20,560 bases of DNA, from positions 10,795-31,354 of the forward strand of contig JBCNVN010000016.1 in assembly GCA_039630055.1 (NCBI GenBank), read 5' to 3'. This DNA comes from Candidatus Caldarchaeales archaeon (lineage in GTDB: Archaea > Thermoproteota > Nitrososphaeria_A > Caldarchaeales > Wolframiiraptoraceae). A model generated the notes under the pieces. That model saw nothing but the letters and a program-made list of their open reading frames with translations, searched no databases and was not told the DNA's origin. The position numbers were made by a program, and so were the translations under genes. The stretch's first letter is position 1, and every line of letters begins with the position of its first letter. Below, piece after piece: positions 1 through 9,973 of this stretch.

Positions 1-458
1 CCGCTGATAATGTCTCCAATAGGATCTTTCTTCTTAAATACATCTACAACTTCTTTAACAGCAACACTACATCTCTCTATGCCTACACCTATCTCTGAAT
101 CTTCAGTTAAGATCTTTAAAGTCATGTCTTCGTGGCTTAAGTTCTTCTCTCTTAGTAAAGCTTCTAGAAGATGTGAGTAGGGTGTATGACCTATATCGTG
201 GACTAATCCTGCAATAGTTAAAACCTTAAGCTTATGAGGATCTAGACCAAGCTTCTCTCCAAACATCCTAGCTAGATGCATACATCCAAGAGAATGGTCG
301 AACCTAGTATGCCTAGCTCCAGGATAAACCAAGTAGACGAAAGGGAGTTGATGGATCCTTCTAAGCCTCTGAAAAGCAGAAGAATCAATAATCCTTAAAA
401 GATCTTCATCTAGAACAATATATCCATGTACTACATCTTTTATTAATTTCATCGGCAT
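1..458 (-). CDS. HD-superfamily phosphohydrolase (YdhJ/SAMHD1-like dNTPase family), 3' end outside window
   Basis: Not in the ORF track. Manual translation from ATG at 458 (or 452) gives MPMKLIKDVVHGYI...FQRLRRIHQL...YPGARHTRFDHSLG...GLVHDIGHTPYSH, with the family motifs FQRLR, HTRFxHSLG and HDIGH-x-P-x-SH. Confidence 0.9.
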   Translation of the reverse strand, partial: MPMKLIKDVVHGYIVLDEDLLRIIDSSAFQRLRRIHQLPFVYLVYPGARHTRFDHSLGCMHLARMFGEKLGLDPHKLKVLTIAGLVHDIGHTPYSHLLEALLREKNLSHEDMTLKILTEDSEIGVGIERCSVAVKEVVDVFKKKDPIGDIIS

Positions 459-606
459 CGGATACTGCGTAATACTCTTTATTAAAGTTAAGATAGATCC
501 ATGCTTAACTAGGAAACCATAGATTCTAGGTAATTCTAATCTTTGTTAGAAGATCTAATAGGAGGTTGCAAAGCATAAATAGGACAATGTTACTTGTAGA
601 AAAGCG

Positions 607-1038
607 GTGGGAACGGTTGTGAAAGTAGTTGTTAAGAGATCAGAATTTATTCCTGGAGCTCCAATGGAGGTTTTCCCAGGTGTTAAAGACTGGAAGGTAA
701 TCTATCCTGAGACAGGCATTAATACGAAGACTCTTATCATGGGGATAGTGGAGATCCAGCCTGGATGCCACACACCTCTCCACAGACATAATTGTGAAGA
801 GGTCTACTACGTGCTTCAAGGAAGGGGTAAGCTGGAGTCTGATGGGGAGTTATACGAGATCGAAGAAGGCGATGCCGTATACAATAGGGAGAACTCAAAG
901 CATAGAGTCTTCAATACTGGTCAAGAGACTCTTAAACTACTGGTTGTAGCTGGGATAATGCTGATAGGCTTAACTCCTAAGTGGCCGACAGAAAACCCTT
1001 ACGAAATATTGGAGAGGAGCAGTTCGCAGACGCCTTGA
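607..1038 (+). CDS. Cupin domain protein
   Basis: Cupin motif 1 PLHRHNCEEVYYVLQGRG and motif 2 GDAVY...KHRVFNTG. Confidence 0.85.
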   Translation: MGTVVKVVVKRSEFIPGAPMEVFPGVKDWKVIYPETGINTKTLIMGIVEIQPGCHTPLHRHNCEEVYYVLQGRGKLESDGELYEIEEGDAVYNRENSKHRVFNTGQETLKLLVVAGIMLIGLTPKWPTENPYEILERSSSQTP

Positions 1039-1048
1039 CCTGGTAGAG

Positions 1049-1426
1049 TTACCGACCTTCTACATCTTTCTTAAATGCTTCAACTGGTGGATGGAAGACT
1101 TCTATAACTGTAGATGTCTTCACGGCTAATGCTTCGTGTTCAACATTTGATGGTATAATATAGCTGTCTCCAGCCTCTATCAGATACCACTCTCCACCTA
1201 TCCGGATCTTCATCTCGCCTTCGATTAAGTATCCTACTTGCTCGTTTAGATGTTTGTGTGCAGGCACCATAGAACCTTCTTGTATAGTTACCTTGAGAAG
1301 CATCAGATTTTCGCAGACAGCCATAACCCTTCTAGTAACTCCCCTCCAAGTTTCGACAGGCTTAGCTTCATAACTTTTCATAACTAACTTCTGCCAACAT
1401 TCTGTACGGTTAACTTCATCTTCCAT
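1049..1426 (-). CDS. Cupin domain protein
   Basis: PAHKHLNEQVGYLIEG and GDSYIIPSNVEH motifs; AGGAGG RBS just upstream of the ATG at 1426. Confidence 0.85.
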   Translation of the reverse strand: MEDEVNRTECWQKLVMKSYEAKPVETWRGVTRRVMAVCENLMLLKVTIQEGSMVPAHKHLNEQVGYLIEGEMKIRIGGEWYLIEAGDSYIIPSNVEHEALAVKTSTVIEVFHPPVEAFKKDVEGR

Positions 1427-1506
1427 TAAGACTCCTCCTACTAAGCATCATTTATTAGAGAAATCTAAAAAATTAAAAAATAATATTGTGGTTGGATGAT
1501 TGCGTG

Positions 1507-2976
1507 TTATGCCCATATCCCAGTTGTAAGACCGAAGTAGATGAACCAGGCTGCGAAGTATATGTAGACAGCTGTTGCTATGAGCATGAAGATAAGGCTT
1601 ACGTAATGCGGTCTTACAAACTTGCCTGCAGGATGACTCTTAGGAACCATTATCCAATTTACGTAGATGAGGACTGGACAGTAAAGGGCGAAGGCAACCA
1701 TGTTCAGTACGCCTCCTAATATTAGGAGTGGGCCAGGAGCTATCAGATAGAGTGTGATAGCTGATATGATAAATAGGTATGCTGCCCACACATAGTACCA
1801 CCACCTAAAGGTCTTCTTTCTAGCTTTTTCGAAATTAGAATAGACAAAGTCTGAGTGCATTCTAGACATTGCGTCAATTATTCCTAGGTAGGAGTCTGAT
1901 ATGAAGAATGTAGCTACTATCAAGAATAGGGAGGCTCCTACAGGGCCCATCACCTTACCAAAGAACTCAGATTGTACTCCTACCAACTCCCATCCTCCTG
2001 GCCATTTTCCAGCAGGGAATAATATAGAATACGCCAAGAACATCATTATCACGGTTGTAAGTATGTTTATACCGACGGCCAGCGCATTATCCGTCTGGAG
2101 ATATCTTAACCACTTCTTCCATCTTTCACGGTTTTCACTGGTATCGGGGAACGTGTATCCGAAGGCAGGTATAGCCTCTGGCTTGCCTGTAATCGGGCTG
2201 GTCACTCTACCTACGTAAGAAGCCATCCCCACTCTTTTATCTCTTATCCAATACGAATACATGATATTGAAGAAACCGCCCATTCCAGCAAAAGCTATGC
2301 ATGTTACGAGTGTGGGCGTATCTCTTGGATCCCAATTAGATGGCCACGCTTGTGGTGTAAATAGATAGGAGGTAAACTCAGGCCCGTACTTCCAGCCTTC
2401 TACGTTGCCTACGAGAGCTATTATAAGACCAGCTACAGTTATTATTACTACCACCTTCATTATTTGTTCAACCCAGAAGTATACCACGTGCCCAAAAACG
2501 ATGACTACAAGTGTTAAGAGAACTATGATGTATGCCCAGAAGAGTGTCTGATCTCGAGCAGTCCATCCTGCTGGAAGCCCTGTAAGAATCCTAAGAGCTG
2601 TTCCACCTGCCCCCGCATACCCTCCGAACCAAGCGAATGTTATAAAGAGCATGATCCACATTAACATAGCATAATATCTGCTGACCCTTCTGAACATTGT
2701 AAATGTTGTCTCACCTGTTAATGCTGTATATCTAATGATCTCCAAGTTCACCCAGTATTGTAGGAAGGCAGCAGGAAGAAACAGCCAGATGAAGCTAGGA
2801 CCGTACTTCGCTGTAAGATATGGCCACCAGATCAGCTCACCGCTTCCTTGAGCCAGCGAAGCCCAGATAAAGCCTGGTCCTAGCATTGCTAGCAAACCTG
2901 TGTAAAGTGGTAGATCGCTTAGTTTCAGCCCTGAAACTTTCCGATCACCTAGAACAACAGTCTTCTCCTCACTCAT
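1507..2976 (-). CDS. Nramp-like / APC-superfamily secondary transporter, substrate unknown
   Basis: About 11-12 hydrophobic segments; N-terminal LGPGFIWASLAQGSGELIWWP motif typical of Nramp-related APC-fold permeases; lacks the canonical Nramp DPGN. Confidence 0.75.
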   Translation of the reverse strand: MSEEKTVVLGDRKVSGLKLSDLPLYTGLLAMLGPGFIWASLAQGSGELIWWPYLTAKYGPSFIWLFLPAAFLQYWVNLEIIRYTALTGETTFTMFRRVSRYYAMLMWIMLFITFAWFGGYAGAGGTALRILTGLPAGWTARDQTLFWAYIIVLLTLVVIVFGHVVYFWVEQIMKVVVIITVAGLIIALVGNVEGWKYGPEFTSYLFTPQAWPSNWDPRDTPTLVTCIAFAGMGGFFNIMYSYWIRDKRVGMASYVGRVTSPITGKPEAIPAFGYTFPDTSENRERWKKWLRYLQTDNALAVGINILTTVIMMFLAYSILFPAGKWPGGWELVGVQSEFFGKVMGPVGASLFLIVATFFISDSYLGIIDAMSRMHSDFVYSNFEKARKKTFRWWYYVWAAYLFIISAITLYLIAPGPLLILGGVLNMVAFALYCPVLIYVNWIMVPKSHPAGKFVRPHYVSLIFMLIATAVYIYFAAWFIYFGLTTGIWA

Positions 2977-3425
2977 AATGTAAATATTGTTATAAGTTAT
3001 ATATTAAATTTTTATATTTACGTCATAATGTTTATGTTTAGGTTCAGAATAGAGCTCTTATCTATGGTAAGATGATATGGAGATTAAGTGGTAGAGTATA
3101 TGATGAGTAAATGAGTATGTGTTTCTAATTCTTTCTTTATCTTAGAACGTCTAATATGATGTTAAGAATAAGATTAATGCACTTAATGTCTAGGTCTATG
3201 GAAGTCGGTGGGTTATGAAGCTCACTTTCTCAAGAAAGAACGTTAGAGGTCTTAAGATCTACATATCCGTAGCATCCTTCCAAGCACAATGCTCATAGCA
3301 GCTCTCCAACCATTCAAATTCATCTCTACCCCTCGAAATTTCTTCAGCCTTTTAATAATTTACATTCCATCCTTCCTTTTCTTTAATATATTCCAGAATA
3401 GATTATTTTTGGAGGTTTTAAGATT

Positions 3426-4613
3426 ATGGATCCACCTCTTAAAGGTATTATAGTGTTAGATTTTACAAGAGTTATGGCAGGGCCTTTTGCAACTATGCTT
3501 CTAGGAGATCTAGGTGCAGAAGTAATCAAGGTTGAACCTCCTGGAGGTGATGATACTAGAGGTTGGGGTCCACCATGGATAGGAGGAGACTCAGCATATT
3601 TTATGAGTGCTAATAGGAATAAGAAGAGCATAATCTTAGATTTGAAGAAGATGGAGAGTAGGGAGATCGTTGAGAGGCTTGTCAAGAGGTCGGACGTCGT
3701 TGTGGAAAATTTCAGACCGGGAGTAGCTGAACAGCTAGGTATAGATTACAATACCATCTCAAAGATAAACCCTAGAATAATTTATTGTAGTATCTCTGGC
3801 TTCGGTCAAAGTGGACCTTATAGAGATAAGCCTGGATACGATCTAATCGCATTGGCTATGAGCGGGTTGATGAGCATTACGGGTGAGCCTGATAGGCCTC
3901 CAGTAAAATTCGGTGTTCCTATAGCAGACTTGACGACAGCCATATTTGCAGCCCTCTCAATAGTCTCAGCACTCTACTGGAGGGAGAAGACTGGTAGAGG
4001 ACAATACATAGATATTGCTCTTCTAGATGTACAAGTCCTCTTACTAAGCCATCAAGCCTTCAACTTCTTTGCTACAGGTGAAGAGCCTAAGAGGATGGGT
4101 TCAGCTCATCCAAACATAGTCCCATATCAAGTATTCGAGACGAGTGATGGATATATCGTAATAGGTGTTGCAAATGAGAAGCATTGGCAGAACTTCTGTA
4201 AAGTTATTGAGAGACTAGACTTACTGAACGATCCTAAGTTTAAGACAAATGCTGATAGAGTAATCAATAGAGAAGCATTAATACAAGAGCTAGAAAAATT
4301 ATTCAAGAACAGTTCTACATCTTACTGGATTGAAAGGCTTGAGAGAGCTGGAATACCTGTGGCCCCGATCCTAACAGTAGGCCAGACACTCAATGATGAG
4401 CATGTAGAATATCGGAGGATGGTCTTAGACATAGATCATCCAAGGGTAGGCAAGATGAAGATGCTTGGAACACCGTTTAAACTATCTGAGACACCTGGTG
4501 AGGTTAGAACCCCTCCTCCACTTAAAGGTCAGCATACAGATGAAATACTTAGAGGATTGGGTTTTACTCAAGGAGAAATTGAGATGTTCAAGAGCAAGAA
4601 GGTAGTTGAGTAG
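3426..4613 (+). CDS. Family III CoA-transferase (CaiB/BaiF)
   Basis: PLKGIIVLDFTRVMAGP, LGDLGAEVIKVEPPGGD, NRNKKS, VENFRPG, SISGFGQSGPY, and the catalytic Asp in PIADLTTA. Confidence 0.95.
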   Translation: MDPPLKGIIVLDFTRVMAGPFATMLLGDLGAEVIKVEPPGGDDTRGWGPPWIGGDSAYFMSANRNKKSIILDLKKMESREIVERLVKRSDVVVENFRPGVAEQLGIDYNTISKINPRIIYCSISGFGQSGPYRDKPGYDLIALAMSGLMSITGEPDRPPVKFGVPIADLTTAIFAALSIVSALYWREKTGRGQYIDIALLDVQVLLLSHQAFNFFATGEEPKRMGSAHPNIVPYQVFETSDGYIVIGVANEKHWQNFCKVIERLDLLNDPKFKTNADRVINREALIQELEKLFKNSSTSYWIERLERAGIPVAPILTVGQTLNDEHVEYRRMVLDIDHPRVGKMKMLGTPFKLSETPGEVRTPPPLKGQHTDEILRGLGFTQGEIEMFKSKKVVE

Positions 4614-4655
4614 ATTATGAGAATATAATACTGGGCTCGATCTAGAGATGGTCGA

Positions 4656-5072
4656 CTAGTAGATGAGGTCGACATATGGTATGCCGATAGCCCTCGCTAT
4701 CTCTGCCTGTTCTTTATCAGATGTTACCAGTCCACCGAATCTCTCTGCTTGAGCTAAATATAGAGCATCATAGATACTTATGCTATTATCTAAAGCTATG
4801 GTTACAGCTCTTTCTAAGTAAGCTTCTTCATGCTCCAGCACTATCATACCTAGATCTACGAGTCTTGCAAGAGACTTGAAGATCTGTATAGCAGTATCTC
4901 TACTGATAAGATTTTTTACGATACAGTGCTTCCATAAAGCATTGACTACTTCTTTGAGCATATGGTCAAGAGAATATAACACTTCTTCTCTCTTCAAGTA
5001 CTGTGAGATTCTATCCCAGCCTTCTTCATGTAGAATGTACTTAACTAGAGAAGATGCATCAATTACTATCAC
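4656..5072 (-). CDS. vapC: PIN-domain toxin (VapC)
   Basis: VIDAS N-terminal motif, KEVVNALWK, SIYDALY, LVTSD; start overlaps the antitoxin gene. Confidence 0.92.
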   Translation of the reverse strand: MIVIDASSLVKYILHEEGWDRISQYLKREEVLYSLDHMLKEVVNALWKHCIVKNLISRDTAIQIFKSLARLVDLGMIVLEHEEAYLERAVTIALDNSISIYDALYLAQAERFGGLVTSDKEQAEIARAIGIPYVDLIY

Positions 5073-5286
5073 GATCTTCCCTCACATATGCACTGGCCGT
5101 ACCTCTCGGAGACTCTGGTAAACCGAGTATTAGATTCTCCAACTCTTCTATTGCTTTAAGACGTTCGTAAACATTCACTCTCTGCTCAATAAACCTTCTA
5201 ATCTCTTCACTCCAGTTAACATGTTTTCTCAATCTATCCATCTTTTCTTTTAACTCTCTAGGGATACGGAAAGAAACAACGCTCAT
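5059..5286 (-). CDS. vapB: Ribbon-helix-helix antitoxin (VapB)
   Basis: VVSFRIPRELKEKM...VNWSEEIRRFI RHH pattern; C-terminal VREDRD; directly upstream of and overlapping vapC. Confidence 0.9.
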   Translation of the reverse strand: MSVVSFRIPRELKEKMDRLRKHVNWSEEIRRFIEQRVNVYERLKAIEELENLILGLPESPRGTASAYVREDRDSN

Positions 5287-5306
5287 AATATCTCCTAGTA
5301 TGTATT

Positions 5307-5339
5307 TGTATTACAAACTTATAAATATATTGTAATACA
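5307..5339 (-). promoter_or_regulatory. vapBC promoter: TATA box flanked by a 10-bp inverted repeat (probable operator)
   Basis: TGTATTACAA (5307-5316) and TTGTAATACA (5330-5339) form a perfect IR; the 13-bp spacer reads TATATTTATAAGT on the minus strand; AGGAGA RBS precedes the vapB ATG. Confidence 0.75.
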
Positions 5340-5424
5340 TAATATTGGGAAAAAGTATTATGTTCTATAACTATCATGTCTCATATATTTCGTTTAATGA
5401 TCTAAGTCGACAAATAGATGAATT

Positions 5425-6030
5425 TCATATTGAGTTTCCTCTGAATCTCTGAGATTTTCCAACTATCTGGACTATCTCTTGGAATACTTCTCCAATACTT
5501 CTCGAAGCATAAACTATCTTTAACCTTTCTCTTACCGCTATCTCCAGGTATCTCTCTCTAACCTTTTCTAGAAACTTCTCTTCTTCAAATCTTGCTCTAC
5601 GCTTCCTGATCCTGCTTAATCCTATCCTCGGCTCAACGTCTAGAAGTATCGCTAAGTCAGGTCTAAATGCAAACTTATTTATCTCTTCAATCCATTCGGA
5701 ATCGCCCGTGGTTACCGATTGATATGCTAGAGATGAGTAGACATATCTATCGGATACCACTATGTATCCTTTCTGTATATATGGTATAACTTCTCTGTTT
5801 AAATGCTCTAGCCTATCTGCAGCAAATAGTAATGCTTCTACTCGAACATCTACATTTCTCTTCCTAATCATCTTCTTCAAGATCTTGCCTATGGGTCCGT
5901 CGGTCGGCTCTTTTGTATACCTTGACTTGAAACCTTTATTATTCAGCCATCTAACCAGCCTCTTCGATTGGATAGTCTTTCCAGAGCCGTCGATCCCCTC
6001 GATAACTATAAAGAATCCCTTGCTCTCCAT
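5425..6030 (-). CDS. tmk: Thymidylate kinase
   Basis: IEGIDGSGKT P-loop, TKEP, LLFAADR, SDRYVYSSLAYQ, PDLAILLDV. The ATG at 6030 is preferred over the track's start at 6060. Confidence 0.95.
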   Translation of the reverse strand: MESKGFFIVIEGIDGSGKTIQSKRLVRWLNNKGFKSRYTKEPTDGPIGKILKKMIRKRNVDVRVEALLFAADRLEHLNREVIPYIQKGYIVVSDRYVYSSLAYQSVTTGDSEWIEEINKFAFRPDLAILLDVEPRIGLSRIRKRRARFEEEKFLEKVRERYLEIAVRERLKIVYASRSIGEVFQEIVQIVGKSQRFRGNSI

Positions 6031-6189
6031 ACTACTCTCGGAAAGATAGGCAGTCAACAATATTAACAGTTAGATTATATTAGACTTTTCGAAGACCTTT
6101 ATAGACTATCTTCTCTAGATGGGCATCTTCTAGAATTCAGATAATCAAGCATATATTTTTTCTTAGAGCTTGTAGATTCATCTAGGATA

Positions 6190-7419
6190 CTATATCCTTC
6201 TACGGTTTATACCATTAAAAGATAATAGTTTTTCTTTCTCGATATTCTTTGTTAATTCTTTTTCTCTCCTTAGACCGTCTAGGATCTCGTCTAGTGGTGC
6301 ATGGGCGACGGAGACGTATGAGTCGGCTGAACCATAGTATACTATTAGTTCCCCATCTTTTACAATGGCGCCATTCGTGTATACTACTCCAGGCTTGAAC
6401 CCATTATACTCATATTCTCTATCCGGCTCTATGACTGGATATCTTGAGACCGCTAATATCTTCTCAGGATTATCTAAGTCTAAGAGCATCATTCCTATCT
6501 TGTATTTCCAAGGCTCATTCTTGCTGAGCCCATGGTAGAGTAGAATCCATCCCTCATCTGTCTTTATTGGTGGAGCTCCGGGACCCTTCACAACACCCTC
6601 CCATCCATTCCCATTAGAGTTGGGTATATAGATACTGTTTATCCGTTCTCCATTGCAGAAGCAGAGGTCATCTAGATATGTTATCTTGATCTTAGGCGTT
6701 ATACTATGTATTATTGCATATTTTCCATTAATCTTCTCTGGAAACATTACAAAGTTTTTATGGACTTCTCTAGGAGGCGATATTATCTTCTCCTCACTCC
6801 ACCTCCACCATCTCCTATTGAGGAAATCATCTATGCTGATCGAGGTGAATCCTACTCTCAACTCGTTTGGACCAAATGCAGTATAAGTTACGTATATCCT
6901 CTTATCTTCATCTATCTTAACTATTCTTGGATCTTCACATCCGCCGAAGCCTCCTCCGGAAGAGGAGGGATTGTAAGAGAGTTTCTCCATCCTTCTCTGA
7001 TATATAGGTTGTGGAAATCTTTCATCGATCTTAAATCCGCTGTTTGAGACAGCGTAACCGAATCGGGATATTCCATCGAATCCTATAGCTCTATAGATTA
7101 TATGGACCTTGTTGTCTAGAACTATGGCTCCCGCATTGAAGGTCTGGTATGCTTCCCAGTAATGTGTCCTGTTAGGGGTGATAATAGGATTATCAGGAAG
7201 CTTTCTTAATATTATTCTCCCATCGGTAGCCTCCTCTTCTAATCCTCTATTCCTTATCGATATGACCTCTTTTAATGGTTTTATCTGCTCTTCTATAACA
7301 GCTGTAGATGGTATTACCGTCCCCTCAATCCTGGTCTTTAGTGTCTTCCTAGTAGTTTTTCTACTAGGTCTAGTCTTGGTTTTCCGCTTTACAACAGTCT
7401 TCCGCGGTCTCCTCACCAT
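6190..7419 (-). CDS. GH130-family glycoside phosphorylase/hydrolase with a basic N-terminal extension
   Basis: NPIITP..WE..TFNAGA, IYRA, GCEDPR, KNFVMFPEKINGKY, PPIKTDEGWILLYHG, VVYTNGA, YYGSAD. Confidence 0.88.
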   Translation of the reverse strand: MVRRPRKTVVKRKTKTRPSRKTTRKTLKTRIEGTVIPSTAVIEEQIKPLKEVISIRNRGLEEEATDGRIILRKLPDNPIITPNRTHYWEAYQTFNAGAIVLDNKVHIIYRAIGFDGISRFGYAVSNSGFKIDERFPQPIYQRRMEKLSYNPSSSGGGFGGCEDPRIVKIDEDKRIYVTYTAFGPNELRVGFTSISIDDFLNRRWWRWSEEKIISPPREVHKNFVMFPEKINGKYAIIHSITPKIKITYLDDLCFCNGERINSIYIPNSNGNGWEGVVKGPGAPPIKTDEGWILLYHGLSKNEPWKYKIGMMLLDLDNPEKILAVSRYPVIEPDREYEYNGFKPGVVYTNGAIVKDGELIVYYGSADSYVSVAHAPLDEILDGLRREKELTKNIEKEKLLSFNGINRRRI

Positions 7420-7581
7420 AGCTTGACCACATCTTCTTGTCGATAGATTCTTCTACATATTAAAAAACTTTTTATACAGACTCGTAAATAATATACACGT
7501 TTGAAGCATAAACAAATACTTAAGAACGATAAAATATTTCAAATATAAAAAATAATAGGAAGACCGATAGTAGATACTTAT

Positions 7582-9483
7582 ATGAAGCGAAGCGTTCTCA
7601 ACCCTATTCTAATACCTATTAGAGAGCATTCATGGGAGGCTTACGCAGTCTTCAACCCCTCTGTAATCAAGAGGGGAAGATACTATTACATGTTATACCG
7701 TGCAGTCTCCTCCTCAGATCTATTAAAGAGGCAAGGGTCGAGCTTTAGCTCGATAGGTATAGCAAAGAGTAGAGATGGGATACACTTCTATGATAGGAGA
7801 AGGTTTATCTATCCTGAGAAAGAATGGGAGATCTTTGGATGTGAAGACCCGAGAGCAACATACATAGATGGTAGATACTATATCTTCTATACGGCCATTT
7901 CTACTATACCGCCCATCGCTGAAAACATAAGAGTAGGGGTAGCGATAAGCAGAGACCTAGAAAAGGTGGATGAAAAACATCTTGTAACCTCTTTCAATGC
8001 TAAGGCTATGGCCCTCTTCCCCGAGAGGATAAATAAGAAGCTAACAGCGATCTTGACAGTTCACACAGATAAGCCTCCAGCCTACATAGCCGTTGCACAG
8101 CTTGGAGACAACCCTTCTAAATGGCTCCATGAGATGGATGAATGGTATAAAGACTTCACTAGATATGTATTGACCCCTGATCCTCGGAGATCTACCTTAG
8201 ATCATATAGAAGTAGGTGCACCACCCGTAAAATTGGAAGATGGCTGGCTACTAATCTACTCCTACATACAGAACTATTTCTCACCTAGAATAGAAGATAG
8301 GATATTTGGAGTTGAAGCATTGCTTCTAGACCTGGATGATCCGAGAAAGGTTATCCGTAAGACTAGGTATCCATTCATGGTTCCTGAAGAATTCTATGAA
8401 CGCTATGGACATGTACCGAATATAGTATTTCCTACATCAGCTATGATAAGAAAGAATATGTTGAGATTATATTATGGTGCAGCTGATACAACATGTTGTT
8501 TAGCGACGGTTAAAATAGAAGCGATACTTAAAGCTATGGATAAGAATATGGGCCAAGTATTTGAAAGATATTCGAAGAACCCGATAATAAGTCCAGACCC
8601 CAACCATGATTGGGAGAGCATAGCAACATTCAATCCAGCGGCCATAGAGTTAGAAGGCAAGATATACATAATGTATAGAGCTTTATCCAGTGATAAGACC
8701 TCGACAATAGGTTTAGCCATCAGCGAAGACGGCTTCAAAATAGTTGAGAAGCTTGATGAACCAATATATGTACCACGAGAAAGCTTTGAGATAAAGCTGG
8801 CTCCTGGACATTCTGGATGTGAAGATCCCAGAGTAGTAAGAATAGGCGATAGAATATACATGTTCTATACAGCTTATGACAATGTAAATCCTCCAAGGGT
8901 AGCTATAACATCGATAAGTGTAGAAGATTTCTTGAATAGAGAGTGGAGATGGTCTAGACCTCGGATAATTTCACCTCCAAACATAGACGATAAGGATGCA
9001 TGCATCATACCTGAAAAGATCAACGATAGCTACATATTCATCCACAGAGCAGGTGGGATAAACATCGTCTACGATTATATAGAGTCTCTTGAAGATATCG
9101 ATAATACGGAGATGATGAGCTTAACACTTCTAACACCTAGAGAAGGCAGCTGGGATGGAAAGAAGGTTGGTCTAGCATCTCCACCGATAAAAGTTTCCTC
9201 AGGATGGCTTGTCTTCTACCATGGTGTATCACATGACAATGTGTATAGGGTCGGCGCCTTTCTATTAGATTTAGAGAATCCTGAGAAGATTATTGGAAGA
9301 ACACCTCATCCTCTACTAGAGCCTACTGAAGATTATGAAATAGAGGGTTATGTTAGAAATGTTGTCTTTCCATGTGGTGCGGTGGTAAGAAACGGTATGG
9401 TGTACTTATACTATGGTGGAGCGGATATGCATGTCTGTGTAGCGAGAGCTCCTCTGGAAGAGATAATCTCAAGAATAGTATGA
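7582..9483 (+). CDS. Tandem two-domain GH130-family protein
   Basis: Two complete repeats of NPIL/NPII..WE..FNP, YRA, GCEDPR, PE.IN, PP.K..GWL, VFP, YYG.AD. Confidence 0.9.
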   Translation: MKRSVLNPILIPIREHSWEAYAVFNPSVIKRGRYYYMLYRAVSSSDLLKRQGSSFSSIGIAKSRDGIHFYDRRRFIYPEKEWEIFGCEDPRATYIDGRYYIFYTAISTIPPIAENIRVGVAISRDLEKVDEKHLVTSFNAKAMALFPERINKKLTAILTVHTDKPPAYIAVAQLGDNPSKWLHEMDEWYKDFTRYVLTPDPRRSTLDHIEVGAPPVKLEDGWLLIYSYIQNYFSPRIEDRIFGVEALLLDLDDPRKVIRKTRYPFMVPEEFYERYGHVPNIVFPTSAMIRKNMLRLYYGAADTTCCLATVKIEAILKAMDKNMGQVFERYSKNPIISPDPNHDWESIATFNPAAIELEGKIYIMYRALSSDKTSTIGLAISEDGFKIVEKLDEPIYVPRESFEIKLAPGHSGCEDPRVVRIGDRIYMFYTAYDNVNPPRVAITSISVEDFLNREWRWSRPRIISPPNIDDKDACIIPEKINDSYIFIHRAGGINIVYDYIESLEDIDNTEMMSLTLLTPREGSWDGKKVGLASPPIKVSSGWLVFYHGVSHDNVYRVGAFLLDLENPEKIIGRTPHPLLEPTEDYEIEGYVRNVVFPCGAVVRNGMVYLYYGGADMHVCVARAPLEEIISRIV

Positions 9484-9595
9484 GAATCTATGGAAGATGC
9501 TTTTAGACTTAACCCTCCTTAGAAGGCGACACCCTCTTAGTCTTTATTGAATTAGATTTTTATAATAGATTAAAGGATTCTCAATTGAATTATCT

Positions 9596-9889
9596 ATGCT
9601 CTCTGAAGATGAGGAACTGGAATCAGTAACAAGATATTTTCATGCTCTCGGTAATAAAACTAGGTTGAAAATACTCTTACTACTTGCTTCTACTGAGAGG
9701 CCACTTCATATAAAAGCTATATCTAGAAAGCTCAAGATAAGTTATCCAGCCATCTATAGACATATAAAGACTATGGAGAATGCGAACATCCTCCAGATAT
9801 ATGAGGTTGGAAGAAGTAGAGTTGTAACCGTCATCAGCCCTGAGATACATAGTGAAGTTATTAATCTAATCAAGAAACATAAATCATAA
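9596..9889 (+). CDS. ArsR/SmtB-family winged-HTH regulator
   Basis: FHALGNKTRLKILLLL, and HTH region ISRKLKISYPAIYRHIKTME...GR. Confidence 0.85.
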   Translation: MLSEDEELESVTRYFHALGNKTRLKILLLLASTERPLHIKAISRKLKISYPAIYRHIKTMENANILQIYEVGRSRVVTVISPEIHSEVINLIKKHKS

Positions 9890-9973
9890 TAACAAAAATA
9901 GTAACATTGTATAACTTTTTTGCTAAGTCATTTATCCAATAACACTTATATAATTGATGAATCTTGTTAAATT

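Noticed and set aside
2980-3021. 8-bp IR GTAAATAT/ATATTTAC upstream of the transporter
   Set aside because: Very AT-rich context and a long spacer; plausible by chance.
3220-3382. Purine-rich minus-strand stretch resembling a decayed gene
   Set aside because: Only short frames; no family motif could be supported.
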